A stretch of DNA of 64,000 nucleotides from the human T2T-CHM13v2.0 reference genome, Homo sapiens (GCF_009914755.1 NC_060944.1), one strand, 5' to 3'. Counted from the stretch's first letter, positions 20,541 through 35,201 are shown. The notes: generated by a model from the letters alone, not told the origin. Numbers and translations are program-made.

Positions 20541-21544
20541 CTCAAAAAATAAAACAAAAAATGCAGAGAAACATAAAGACTCCATAAACAGCTGGAATAC
20601 ACAGAAATACTGAAGCACCACTGGGAATACTGCTAAACAGACAGGCAAAATAGGGTCTTTGAAATAATCAATAATACCAAGTAAAGAAAAAAAACAGGAA
20701 AAAAGAGCACCTAAGGTCAAAACTCAAATTTCATGCAATGAAAACATTGTAAGTACTACAAAAGAAAAAAGGTAAATCTTCTACTTCACATACATAGAAA
20801 CACATCCCACTCCCCTTACAGAGAATAAAAGATATTATCAATGGAAGAAAAAAATGAGATTTTCAAGGGTGGTAGGTCTAAAATTAGACTCACCAGCCAC
20901 ATCATAGTTAATGAGCACTTACGTAAATGTGAGCTAAATGCATCAAGCTGTCTTTCCAGTGTGGTCAGCTCTACTGGGGGGCAGGGGGCGCTGGGGAAAG
21001 AGCAAGGGACCACTCTGCTTATGAAAATATAATTTCTACAAAAAATAAAAATGTACAGGAAACTGGAGATGCTCGTTTATTTAAATAATTTTAAACTTCC
21101 CAAATAACAAAAATGACCTTAAAGCAGATGCCCCTCCTTTTCTGCAATAAAAACCAACTGACTGAAGTAGGGTAGGGAGCAGGGTGTGGTTAAGCATCTG
21201 CTCACAAGAAAACTTGTTATAAGTTTGGTGAGGTGAAAAGGGAAATTATCGGCCCTTCCCAATGTCCCCTTCCATCCTAGGTATGCCCATATGCCATCAG
21301 GAAGCCACACCATCTCCATGACCACTAGGCATTTCAAGGACTGGCAGGCCTTAGAAGTTTCTTCTATCCCCCTGAGGCACACAGACAATTCCAGCCAGAA
21401 GTATAGAGCCCAGGGAAGAGAATATGGCCTATTCCTGCAGCTGCACAAGAGGCCTGGGCTGGGGTCCGCTCACAATGAACTACTCAAGTGTGACCAACAT
21501 TCCCATTCTGGAGATCCCTGCCTGCCTTAAAGAAATGAAGAGCT

Positions 21545-21876
<332 letters not shown>

Positions 21877-22289
21877 TTATACATAATAATATAAATATAT
21901 AATGAAAATACCTACTTTCTTTCTCTTACATACCAAAATATCAGTCACCTGAATAAGTTATTCTTAAAGGACTTCCCTAGAGTTTACAAGCAAGCAATAT
22001 TTGTATTACACAGAGATCCAAGACAATGAACTGTTTTTAACAGAATGACTAAAAACTTGGCCCAATATAATCTCCCCTATAAACACTAAAGCATTTGGAC
22101 AAGAAACGAGTTTTAACCATGAATTAGCATCTCCCCTGACCATAGGGAGCTTTAAAGCATGAATCAAGTGAATAAAAAACTTCACAGTCCATTTTTAATA
22201 ACAGAAGTTCAACAAAAGATTTTTAACAAAGGAACCTGTATAATTTGCCTTTTACTATATAAAATGTAAAAGCTATTCCTATCACTATT

Positions 22290-22613
22290 CTTTTTTTTTT
22301 TTTAGACAGAGTCTCACTCCGTAGCCCAGGCTGGAGTGCAGTGGCACAGTCTCGGCTCACTGCCAACCTCTGCCTCCTGGGTCCTGGTTCAAGTAATTCT
22401 CCTGCCTCAGCCTCCCAACTAGCTGGGATTACAGGAACGCGCCACAATGCCCAGCTAAATTTTGTATTTTTATTAGAGACGGGGTTTCACCATATTGGCC
22501 AGGCTGGTCTTGAACTCCTGACCTCATGATCCATCCGCTTCGGCCTCCCAAAGATCCGTCCACTTCGGCCTCCCAAAGTGCTGGGATTACAGGCATGAGC
22601 CACCGTGCCCGGC
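22290..22613 (-). mobile_element. AluS with a right-arm GGACC-type insertion and a 25-bp internal duplication
   Basis: TSD cctatcactattctt; duplicated units 22528-22552 and 22553-22577. Confidence 0.92.
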
Positions 22614-23654
22614 CCCTATCACTATTCTTAATACACAGTATTCTACCTACCAAAATAATCAGTTTTCAGAATGAATTAACCAAACTTTCTCAAAGGTTAC
22701 AACAAGATCTTCAAAACCTCTGCCAAATTCATCAGTTTTCTCACAAAAGATTATAAATTACCTTCCAAAAGTCTGTCGTTCATATTTCACCTATTATTAC
22801 TCATTAGACTTTTTTAAACCAGGTCTTCATACTTTATAAGAAAAACACCAATGTGCAAAATGAGCTTCAGGCAGTATTTTATAAATAGTTCATTTTCTAT
22901 CAGAATCCATGAAACACTTTCTACTTTAGAAACAATCCTAAGAAAATGGTAGCATCATGACTCACCCAGTTCTATATCCAATTTTCTCAAAAAAGAAATT
23001 CACATCACAAGTTACACCATGTGAAATATGCAAAATTATGGTCCAGAATCTTAAATCCACGTCACTACTTGATCCAAAACTATTTCAAAGGCAGCCAAAA
23101 AAGCAACTGTCATCCAAATGTATAGTCCCAAATATGAAGACCAAATTCTTTCACAATATTAATCTTCTCTGCTGTGAGTGAAACCAGAGTTGTACCATCC
23201 AGTGAACAGAATTCACTTTCTCATCAGTTATTAAGATAATCTCAAAAAAGCTATATGAAACAACAGGAATGAATCGATTTACCAATAAATCATTAAAATA
23301 TGATCTATAAACTGACCTTTCCATTTTCTTCCCTGCATTTTGAAGATAAACAAAATATATTTTGGAGTAATATCATTTGCATTTCCACACTGCAGAAAAC
23401 CTCTCATACAGAAGCAGCCACCTTCCCTCCCAAAACTCTAAAGGAAGAAGGTGGTCAATTTAATAGATAGGAACTTTTGCACCCGCCCCTCCTTTACTTA
23501 AATGAAGAAAACACCTCATTCTGGTGTCCAGAAGTGACAGTCTTAAGATGACATCATTTGTCTGCAGTGGTGGTAAAGAAAAATAAAACCACACAAAATT
23601 ATCAGTCTCTAAGAAAAGCTAAAAAATGATATGTCTGCATAATTCCCTTTACTC

Positions 23655-23678
23655 TGTGTGTGTGTGTGTCTCTGTGGT

Positions 23679-23716
<38 letters not shown>
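23655..23716. repeat. (TG)n and (CA)n microsatellites in inverted arrangement
   Basis: tgtgtgtgtgtgtgt, ~14-nt spacer, then a long acacac run. Confidence 0.9.
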
Positions 23717-23721
<5 letters not shown>

Positions 23722-24512
23722 TATACACATATTTCTTTTGCCTTGTCTCTTCCTCTTCCCCATGCATGGAGTTAAGAACGGTGTACTTTTCACTATTTGG
23801 GAAAATACAAATTATCACATTTTTTAAATATACAGCCAGATACACTTTCTAGGCAATAAAGACCATTAGAACATTTCAGTCATTTCAATCCACAATTAGT
23901 ATTTAAGGAATTCACATCAATTTCAATATCTGCCTAAGTAATAATATAACGGGCAAGTTTTTAAAATATGTTTATGTATTGTTTCCTTAAGCTCAGTGGC
24001 AAGAACATCATTTTTTAAATCAAAAAGTATATCCCAAAGTCTAAAGAGAAAAGAACAATGACTGTTTGCATCTGTTCAATAATCCAGACATGACTTAACT
24101 GAATAGACTGACCAAAACTAAAGATAAGTGTTTATTCTCAAATTAAATATAACACATTGTTAATACAGCTCTCCAGAATTTTTCTCAGCACTTTTCAGTA
24201 TTCTGAAAGGACTCAATACTGCTACTTATATTTCTCTAAGTACAGCAAATACTAGAATCCAATCTTCTTACATCTTTCCATTGACCCAAGCTATTACAAT
24301 ACTACCCCAACTGAACTCCATCTGAAAACCTATCCTGTTTTAAGGTAATGAATCACAATTATTCAAGGTGAGAGAAACTGCAGGGGGAAGTATAAGCATG
24401 ATTTCCAACATACTTCTTAAGATTTAGGAAAATTCTTCCAGTTAGTGTAAGCTTAACCTTAAACTATTAACATATATTTCATTCAAAGAGTCCATAGAAA
24501 AGTTAATTGTTA

Positions 24513-24870
<358 letters not shown>

Positions 24871-25559
24871 AATAACTAAAAGTTGAGGTGTGGGATGTAC
24901 TAAAGTCACTTGGGGAAGAATTCTATGCTACCATTATCCTTATGACTTATTCCAAGCAAAAATAATAGAACAAGAAATTTTTTTCCTTTAAATTCATATC
25001 CACATTCTTAAAAAAACACAAGTTATCCGAAACTGTAAGTCCACCTACTCAGGAGAAACTCATTATTTCAAAATGTATTTTTATCATTTTTAAGTATAAA
25101 TAAGTAAACCCCTTAAAAGTAGGATTCAACACTAGGGGAAAATAGAATGAAATAGTAAACATGATATATAAGTATGACTTAGGAAAATTAAAGTTATTCT
25201 AAGATGAAAAGAGAAACTTAATTTTATTCAGTTTTGCATTCATAGTTGCCATTCTAGTATATTCTCCAGATACTCATTAACCTTCTTTCCCAGACCTACA
25301 GTGACTCCATGAAAGTAATTTTCAACTAACAATTGAACTAGTTAAGTTAGATGAAGCCCTCTTTGTGTGTCTGTTTTGAGTAAAGGTAACATTTGGTGGT
25401 AAATACATCTATCTTCTTTCTTATGTCATTTTTCTCCTCTTATCCTCAACATATAATTAACCTTTCTTTGATGCTGTAAAACTTGTCATTAATAGTTGCC
25501 ATAAATATTCATCTCATACATACCATTTCCAAAGCACCTCATAACTGTAATAATTGCTA

Positions 25560-25750
25560 ACAGTTATGGGGTGCTTACTACGTACCACACACTGTTCTAA
25601 GAGACTGTCATGTATTAGGCATATACTAACTCAGTTTATCTTCACAACTCCATGAAGTGGGAATTACTATCCTCATAAATAGGGAAACTGAGTCAAGGAC
25701 AGACTGTGCCACACCCACGGACACATGGCTAATGACTGGTAGAGCTGGTA
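25560..25750 (-). mobile_element. MIR
   Basis: gggtgcttactacgtaccacacactgttctaag...gggaaactgagtc MIR core. Confidence 0.65.
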
Positions 25751-25890
25751 TGAAATGTATCAGTCATATCAGGAGGGCATCACACATCCCCATGTCAGAT
25801 TCAATAGAACTAGGTGCCCACCATATACTTTCACCTTCCTTGACTACATTAGGACCAATCTGAGAAATTAAAATCTACAAAGCATGATCA

Positions 25891-25964
25891 AAAGCTCAGG
25901 TCCACAATTAAGCAAGAGAATATACAGAAAGCTCAGGTCCACAATTAAGCATGAGAATATACAG
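25891..25964. repeat. 37-bp tandem duplication
   Basis: aaagctcaggtccacaattaagca(a/t)gagaatatacag twice, one mismatch. Confidence 0.95.
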
Positions 25965-26862
25965 AAAACACGGCTAGGACTAATGGTAAACACCTGGGCA
26001 ATTTTCACAAGGAAAGGCATGAAAGGGTAAGTGCCTTGGTATGAGAGCCTAAATACAAGGGCCACAACCCAGTCAACCTGGAAATGTCGACTTTATCATC
26101 TCCTCCCTCAAACTCATCATTGTTTTTGTCATCATGTCTTACTTGATTCCCTAAGTAGTATTCTCAACCAGAAAAATATTTTTCACAATAATCCTCTCAA
26201 CTGATTGACACAAATCTATCTTCTCCAAGTTTGAGCAGCAAGTCGATCTTCTGAAGACCTCAATATCCCCTGCACAAATTCATCAAGGTTCCAAATCAAG
26301 AGAACTGAGAGAACCTCACTCTAGAGTATAAAAAATTATGGCAAACGTGAGAGCCTCCCCACTCAATTATTCGATGTCCACAGTAAACTGGGGACAAACC
26401 TAACCATAACACTGGGACAAGGCACACTTCACAGCACACAATTTCAGGGTATATATCTAACTGTTAGGTTCGTGAAGAATCTTCCCCTTCTACTTTAGGC
26501 ACTTCTAGACAGTTGGAATTTTTCTTTTATTTTTAAACAACAGAATATACATCACTTTTTGGGGGTTAACTTCAAGGATTTTCCTACTGAAAATGGGAAA
26601 CTTAAGTATCCAATCCTTAACTTTTGTATTCATGAATCTCACAAAAAAAAAAGAAAAGAAAGGAATTTAACCAGCTTTTATATTACTCAGAAAAGTCACC
26701 AATGAAAACAACAATATCATAGGCTTCTTCATAACTTTGCTAATATTGGTGGGAAACACTGCTCATATAATTTATGGTTGACTAACTCAACAATTTCATG
26801 TCATTTAAGAACAATAAAGATAAACTCACAAATATTTTAAATAAAACAGAGAAAAGAAATAC

Positions 26863-26931
26863 CTCAAGTTCCACCAGTGCTGCAGTGACTGCGTCAGTTG
26901 CAAGAGCACCGGCCTGCAGCTTTTCAATTGC
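26863..26931 (-). CDS. TASP1: TASP1 exon 4 (69 nt)
   Basis: ttcatag|GCAATT...CTTGAG|gtattt. Encodes AIEKLQAGALATDAVTAALVELE, phase 0/0. The next canonical exon (DSPFTNAG...) was not found in the window. Confidence 0.97.
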
Positions 26932-28601
26932 CTATGAAACCAAGGGGAGAGATTATTCATTGCAAAATCACAACTTCTCAAACTTTCCAAAAGCTTAAAG
27001 AAGTATGGGAGACACTTAGATTAATAAAAATTGACCACTAGTTCCATTCCATACTTTAAGACATAAACTACTCAGATTAAAAACAAGCAAGTGTTTATAT
27101 TCAGGTTAATTGGTAATATGGCTCACTTAATATTATTCAAATTAAAACAATAAAATCTAGTTATTAAATGAAAAGTACAAGGAATTTAGTAAGCTTCATT
27201 CATTGTAAGGCAATTCAAAATAGCCACAGAAATTGTATGACCCAGTTTGGTTCAAATATCCTGACAATTCATATTTTATACAGAACACTAAATCTCAAAC
27301 TAATCATTTCTCCTCCCACTGTTAATACTCTCCATACTTAAAAAGAAGTGACTCTCAGTCACAGGGGCATGCCAGAATCTGAGGATAAAAGCATACATTT
27401 GACAAAAACATTTTGGATACTATAATGTAAATTCTAAATCAAGATGTATCATATTATTTTGTAATATAAACTACACAGACTAAAGGTCTATAAAATCACC
27501 TGGCCTTGAGCATAAATTAGGAGAGGAAAAGAGAGAGAAGGAAAAGTCATTTATAAATGAATTATTAACATTCCAATTTAGTCAACAAAGAGAAAACTCA
27601 AAAACTAAGAACTGTATTCCTAATTAAACTTTTAAGAAGTTTATTCATTGTAAATATTAAAGAGGCTAAGTATACGATTCAAATGTATTAGATTTCTAGG
27701 ACTATAGTTATATAAAATTTATTTTCAGATGACAGAAAAATTTCACACTTTGAAAAATAAGAAAAAATATAAAATAGCTTCGAGAACTTTTAGCTTTATT
27801 ATTACAAATTTCAAAAGAACAAAATCCCTGTAACAAAATATTCTTATTTATAGGACTTCATTCATAAGAAAAAGCTTGAATCTCTGATAAAGTATAATCT
27901 TCTTTTTAATGTTACGTAAATATCAATGAAAAGAGCAGAGAGAGAGAGACGCATATTTACTTGATATATAATATTCAACTAGATTCTATTTGCATAAAAA
28001 GTAATGGAAGGTTTGCCTACAAGACTAGTAAGAATCAAAATAAAAACAAACATTTCTTCTGAGTCCATTCCTGTCCCCACATTAAATATTCAACAATTTA
28101 GCAAAACCTCAAAAACCAATGGGAAAAAAGCACAACTGAGTACAAGGGCAAAACTGAACTCTGGAATGACAATGAACTTGCTATGATACAAACTACATGA
28201 TGAAAAACAGAATGAAAAAGTATAGGAAAGTACCCATTTTAATTTTTTTATTTATTTTTTTCCCTTCATGGAAAAACACATTGACTGCCTTTAAGCTGTT
28301 TTCTCTATCCTTCTGTCTACAGAAGTTCAACATCGTTGCAAAGATTAAAAGAGATATGATTGTGTGCCCACAATTACAAAAATACAGACTTTAATCTGGG
28401 AAAGTGGGGAAAGAGCTAAGCAACATGTGGAGAAAAACACAAAACAACACAAAACGATCCCCTACAAAAACAAGCAAAATAATTTTGTAGTCCAAACTGG
28501 AAGACTGTCCTAGAAATGAAACTTTTAAATGTTGAATTTCAAGGTAAAACTGCTTTCTGTTCAAAACTGCAATGCACAGATCATACACATTGTGTTCATA
28601 C

Positions 28602-28669
28602 CTTCTGACAAGCTCGTTTGCATACATGTTTATACTCCTTGGCTTTGGATTCAGAATGATAACCTGCAC
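28602..28669 (-). CDS. TASP1: TASP1 exon 3 (68 nt)
   Basis: ttctactttag|GTGCAGG...CAGAAG|gtatga. Encodes (G)AGYHSESKAKEYKHVCKRACQK in frame with exon 2 and completes the HAGAG motif of the type-2 asparaginase family. Confidence 0.97.
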
Positions 28670-29559
28670 CTAAAGTAGAAAATAAAATCCAGTTAATTAT
28701 TAAAATATCAAGAGACCTTGCTTATGTTATATAAATACTCCATATAAACTGATGCTGTCCTAGTAAAAAACAAAACTATTGCCCTAACTGTATGGCGTTT
28801 TATGACTTCTTACTCCAGTGTAAGCCTTTTTAATACCATGCCTTATCTCCGTTTTCAAAAGCTCTTTTCCTGCCAAAAGCCCTAAAAATAGCTCATGTCC
28901 CCAAAGAGGCTTCACCAAGGTCCCCTCCCCTCTTCTTTTCAAGAACCTCTTTCCAAAATCAGGAGTTCTTTTGATCTGCAGCTAATAACCCAGAAGGTGT
29001 CGGGGACAGGGTCCCTCCGGGTTCCTCTCTGCTGACTGTCAGAAAGCCCCTGCCATTTGGGAAGTTACTGTTTCAAATCCAGAATTCATAAGAGTAATTC
29101 AGAAAGCTGAATCGCTTCTGAATAACATTTGAAGTTGAGGTGTCTTACATCTCGCATGTCCACAACCACCACCAATTGCACCATTCCTAAACAAACACTT
29201 CACATCCTCTCACCCACTAGAATGTAGCTCAGGGTGTCTCTGAAAGCTAAGTGACAGCACATTCATGACTCTCTATGAGAATTCCTGGTGGTCTCTGTCT
29301 TTTAATCAAATACCCAAGAACTGTCTCAAGAGAATGGCTCTGAATAAAATGGTTTCCCTACAAGGATACATAACTTGCTTAGTTAGGGACTTAAGAATAA
29401 TCTAAACAAGAAGGAAACAAAGACAAGAGCCCTTAAACTCTCTTAATTAGGCCTCTCTCTAATCAAAGTTCATTAATGGAGCACTGAACCACCTATCCCT
29501 ACCCACCCCTAAAGCCCCATAGGGGTCCAATGTATGGAAGGTTAAGAAATACACCTCTA

Positions 29560-29863
29560 GGCCAAACACAGTGGCTCATGCCTGCAATCCCAGCACTTTG
29601 GGAGGCTGAGGCGGGAGGATCACTTGAGGCCAGGTGTTTGAGACCAGCCTGGCCAACATGGAGAAACCCCATCTCTCCTAAAAATACAAAAAAAGTAGCC
29701 AAGCATGGTGGCACATGCCTGTAATCCCAGCTACTCAGGGGGCTGGGGCACGGGAATAGCTTGAACCTGGGAGGCAGAGGTTGCAGTGAACCAAGATCAT
29801 GCCACTGCACTCCAGCCTACGCAACAGAGTGAGACTTTGACTCCAAAAAACAAACAAACAAAC
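29560..29863 (+). mobile_element. AluJ/S
   Basis: Full dimer with (CAAA)n tail. Confidence 0.9.
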
Positions 29864-30849
29864 ACATGTTTTCCATTTTAAAAAAGACAAAAACAGAAAA
29901 GCTACATCTCTAGGCCTTAGGATTCCTACAGGTCTGCAGACTCTGACACAAACCTAACCTACCTTTCCTCAAGGTAGAGAAAGCACTCACCCACGAAACT
30001 GTCGTACAAGGAGCCAGGAAAGCAGAGATGCCCAAGCCACCAGAATCCACAATACACCCAAATCCTAAACCTGTTTCTCAAGAGAACTCTGAACATTCAC
30101 AGAGCCTGTGCCAATATTTAATAGGCCTCTCTTCATGGTTCTCTAAGAACAGGTGATCTCAAGTTGGCTGTCTTAGATCTCAGAGGCCACAATCTTTCAG
30201 CAGCATTTCCTAAAGCATGGGATACTATTCCAAAAAGATGACTTCAGTGTAAGGGACAAGGGCATTTAATAGCCTTAACATGTAAATCCTTTTGAAATAA
30301 TAAAAGTCTCAGCAGAGCCCCCCCCCCACCCCGTACATCTTTAATTCCTGGTTAACACTTGCTAATTTCCCTGTTTAACAATGGAAAGGCAGGCTCAGGA
30401 TCCAAGCCACTGACAAATAGGATCTAGTTAAACTTCAATTACAGTGTTTTGTTTGCACTGTGTTTAAAGTTATTTTCTCTTTATGGCAAGTGATACTGCT
30501 ATTTCATTTAAGTAACCATAAACTTCATTTTTCAAATGTTAAGATTAAAAAGCGTTTAGTTGTTTGAATATTAGATAAAACAGTATAGGCAGTGGGAAAA
30601 ATCAAGAATCTACTACATGAATCACAAAAGTTTGGGCAAGTCTACTCTAGTGCTAAAAAAACTGCTCTACACTGGACAAGGATATGAATTTTTGACCCTT
30701 AAATGTGCAAGATACACGCTTTTGCATAATCAATCACTCTTTCTAATAATTTAGAAGTGAGGGTCACCCTTAATTCACACAATATCCTATCATAACTCAG
30801 AGTTCCTACTCTTCTTGCTGACCCCCAGCACCAACCTTTACCTGAGAGT

Positions 30850-31593
30850 ATGAAATTAAATAATTCAAAGTTAAAACTGTTGAACCAGCTGGGCACGGTG
30901 GCTCATGCCTGTAATCCCAACACTTTGGGAGGCCGAGGCGGGTGGATCACCTGAGTCAGGAGTTTGAGAGCAGCCTGGCCAACATGGTGAAACCCCATTT
31001 CTACTAAACATACAAAAATTAGCCGGGCATGGTGGCACGTGCCTGTAATCCCAGTTACTCAGGAGGCTGAGGCAGGAGAATTGTGAAGCTTGCAGAGTGA
31101 GCCAAGATCACACCACTGCAGCCTGGGCAACAAGAGCGAAACTTAGTCTTAAAAAAAAAAAAAAAAGTTGAGCCATTAAATCATTCTGAGCCTTGAAAGG
31201 AATGTGGCTATGCACCCTGAGTCACACAACATGCAGCTGCAACTTTTGCCTTTTTCCTGTAAATAATTAGGAAGACCAAACAACACCAGAGATAAGACCC
31301 TCTCAGATCACTGCCCCTTCTCACAAAGTAAAAAGTAATCTTCCTTAGGATGTAGCAATCTATAACCAATCAAATTGCTGTAACTTATGCACTGGTCTCC
31401 TACGGAAAATGTTACCATCCTGCTAAAATTTTTCTATCTCTACCTACATAAATGAAAACTTAACTTCTCCACTTTGGAACACAGACCCCATTTGTTTGGA
31501 GTCAGTGTTTCCCAGGTGGACATCCTCAAGCTTTGTGCATGAATAAGCTCTACCTTTAATCATAGCTTCTGAATTCCATTATTTAAGGTTGGC
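30850..31593 (+). mobile_element. ERV solo LTR (family uncertain) with inserted, internally deleted AluS (30886-31166)
   Basis: LTR-like content (aaccaatc box, ends ...aaggttggCA). The Alu lacks part of its right arm. Confidence 0.55.
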
Positions 31594-32484
31594 AGAGCCA
31601 TTATCATCTAGTCTGTGTCTAAGACAGGAGGGACAGGGTCATAATAGTTATAGAAAGTAAGGCTTTCCAACTAATTGAAGCTTTATGTTATTGCTTGTTA
31701 CAACTTTCAGACCTTTCTTTTACACTTTCCAAACACTCACTCTGAATACGGTAACTCACTGGTATCATGGAAGATAATGGAAGATGTACCATCAACATAG
31801 TGTAGTGGAAAGAACACAGACTAGGAGTCTGAAGGCAGAAGCTCTAGTCCCAGGTCTACTTTTAACTGGATTATTTCTGTAAATTTACCTCACCTCCTTG
31901 TAAAAGCACCTGTGAGAAAATGGGATTAAACCTGGTTTCTGGTTTTTTGGATTTGTTTAGATACTCTGGATTAGATTCACATAAGGCTTCTCGGGTTGTC
32001 CAGTCTAGATATGGCCAAACGTTAATGGCCAGGCAGGACACCAGTCTCACAAGAAGAAACATTTCTACTCCTCATTCCATATCAAAGTTAATCCTGCTGT
32101 CATCTTGCTTGACTACCCAGGGAAAGTTAAAAGGAAACCCAGACATTCTTTCTCTCTTCATGGAGGTCATGGAAAGTAGACTCTGAATACAAGAAAATAA
32201 AAATGGCCAAAGGAAAAAGAGCCTGCTGAGGAAACCTGGGCAGAGCAGCACTGTTCTGCAACCCAAGACCTTTTAAAGATGGGAGGCCCAGGGGATGAAC
32301 TCCACTGTGTCTGTCCTCATGGTCCTCTGAAGTAGAAAGATCACAGGCTGACACAGCATCAAAAGCACTAGACTGAGACATAAGGGCCTACTTAGGTGTT
32401 TCTTACACTGGCTCTAGCACCAACCACCAGTGTCTGAAGTCTCTTAAGTCACTTAATCTCTCTGGTCTTAAGGTTCCTCACTTA

Positions 32485-33014
<530 letters not shown>

Positions 33015-33350
33015 CAGCAACATTATTTTTAAAAAACATAAACCAGAGTTCAAAAATTACTTTGTCTGGTTTTAATACTACCTAACCTAAATACATCTAT
33101 TACATAGAGTTAAAGTAAATAATAGGTTAGGGAAGTGAAAACCTAGGAAGAGCTGCCATTCTAAGATCTTCTAACTGGGGAGTAAAGAGGGAGGTCCTCA
33201 CTATATCCAAGTCAAACAATCGCTTTGCTTCCAATTCCTCTCTGGCAGTTTTGCCTCCTCCAAGTGTGAAATGTGATTCTCAGTGTACTTCAAGGCAGAA
33301 AAAGAAAAATCAACATTATTGGCATCTTCCAAGCCATCCACAAAGCTTAC

Positions 33351-33495
33351 CTGCATGCACCAACACAAAGCCTCCTCGTTTCTCTTTATAGGACTGCTTT
33401 GTTTCCAACTCTTTGGCTGTTATTTTACCAGCCGAAACCTGAGATGATCTGGAAGGCAGCCCTTCTCCAGAACTCATCCCCTTCTCCATGGTCAT
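33351..33495 (-). CDS. TASP1: TASP1 exon 2 coding part (aa 1-48 plus 1 nt)
   Basis: Translates MTMEKGMSSGEGLPSRSSQVSAGKITAKELETKQSYKEKRGGFVLVHA, the Taspase-1 N-terminus. Donor CAG|gtaagc, phase 1. Confidence 0.97.
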
Positions 33496-33569
33496 TCTCC
33501 AAGATTACCATCTTCTACTGAGAAAGGGGCATACTTCCATCCAAAAGTAATTGCAGGAGAGGAATTACC
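33496..33569 (-). other. TASP1: TASP1 exon 2, 5'UTR part (74 nt)
   Basis: Acceptor ttttcctttag|GG at 33570/33569, contiguous with the ATG at 33495. Confidence 0.85.
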
Positions 33570-33822
33570 CTAAAGGAAAACAGGCAAAGATGGTATACAT
33601 TTCTTTCCACCAACACATAAGTTACTTACACAAATTCATGCAAAGATAATGTTCAAAAATCCTATTTTTAAGTTATTTAATTGAGCAATACAAAAAAGGT
33701 ATCAAAGCTATTTATTAAAATTATTTTTTCTTATTCCCATTGAAGTCGGATAAAATTATTTAATTGGGTAATATAAAAAGGTTAGAATTTAAATCTCTCT
33801 GTCCACTGATAGTACCTGCTTA

Positions 33823-34127
<305 letters not shown>

Positions 34128-35201
34128 GGAGTCTCAAAAAGAAAAAAGAAAAGAAAAGAAACATAAAGAAGTTACTTAGCTGCCTATTCCAAAATAAAAA
34201 AAAGCAGGTTACTCAGAACACACTCTACATCCCAGTGTTTATTACCAGCCCACAAGAGAGTATTATTTTATTCATGTTAGTTGCTTTATAAGCACATTTT
34301 CAATAATCAATATGTGTAGTTTTCACAATTCTTTTCTAGTTCCTCATGTTATTTTTTAAAACAATTTTATCTGCTAAATCAAGCAAAAATTTGAGCTTTT
34401 ATTTTTAAGTTTCAAATTTGTTTGAATGTTTGGTTTTGGGTGGTATTTGGGGAGTTTTTTATTTGTATTTTACATAAGTATTGACCCACAATGGATTGAA
34501 AATTTTTGAAAGCTGGTCTTTTATAACAGAGATAGTCTGACAAGCACTGTTATCTGGCATTTTTAAATTCCCTTAATTCTTGGTTTAAGAGTCTATTTAA
34601 TTTTTATTATATAACATTTTATTTATAAGACAAATCATTTAAAATCAATTATATATACACATCGTTGCATTCAAATATTTATACAGATTCACAAATGCAG
34701 GAAAAAATTTTTACTACAAAAGTGCTGATTTTTAATTGAGTAACAGTAAATTTAAATGCCTGGTTTTGTTTTTGTTTTGTGGTGGTGTGTTTTGTCTTCC
34801 TAACCATGTTTTTCTTCCAAAGATTTCACAAGAATCTGCCTCAATTACCTTTATTTTCTTTTGGTTATTTCTCACAATATTTCTCTGAAATAGGCTATCA
34901 TTTAGCCATGTATGACTTGACAAAGTTGATTTAGTGGTTCATCTGTCAGCCTATAATGCCATCATGTCTGTATCATGCCATGATATTTGGCCCAGCCATG
35001 AAATGAGCTTGGGACCATTAGTCTAGAAGCATAAACATAGATTGAAAACTCAGGCTTTGGAAAATTACGAGCTTCAGCTAAAACGAAAACACATCTAAGC
35101 AGTATGGACTATGAAACCTCAAGCAACTTTGAATCACTGTCATCTGAGATATTTTTTCATAACTAAGAAATTATAATATTTATATTTTGTAAGAAAATAC
35201 T

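Noticed and set aside
20975-20995. CTCF-like CAGGGGGCGCT
   Set aside because: Lacks the 5' CC(A/G) half of the core motif; not supportable without ChIP data.
30830-30865. Recursive-splice-like ctctcag|gtaaag on the minus strand
   Set aside because: Intron 2 is only ~4.7 kb and the site lies at an LTR edge; likely chance.
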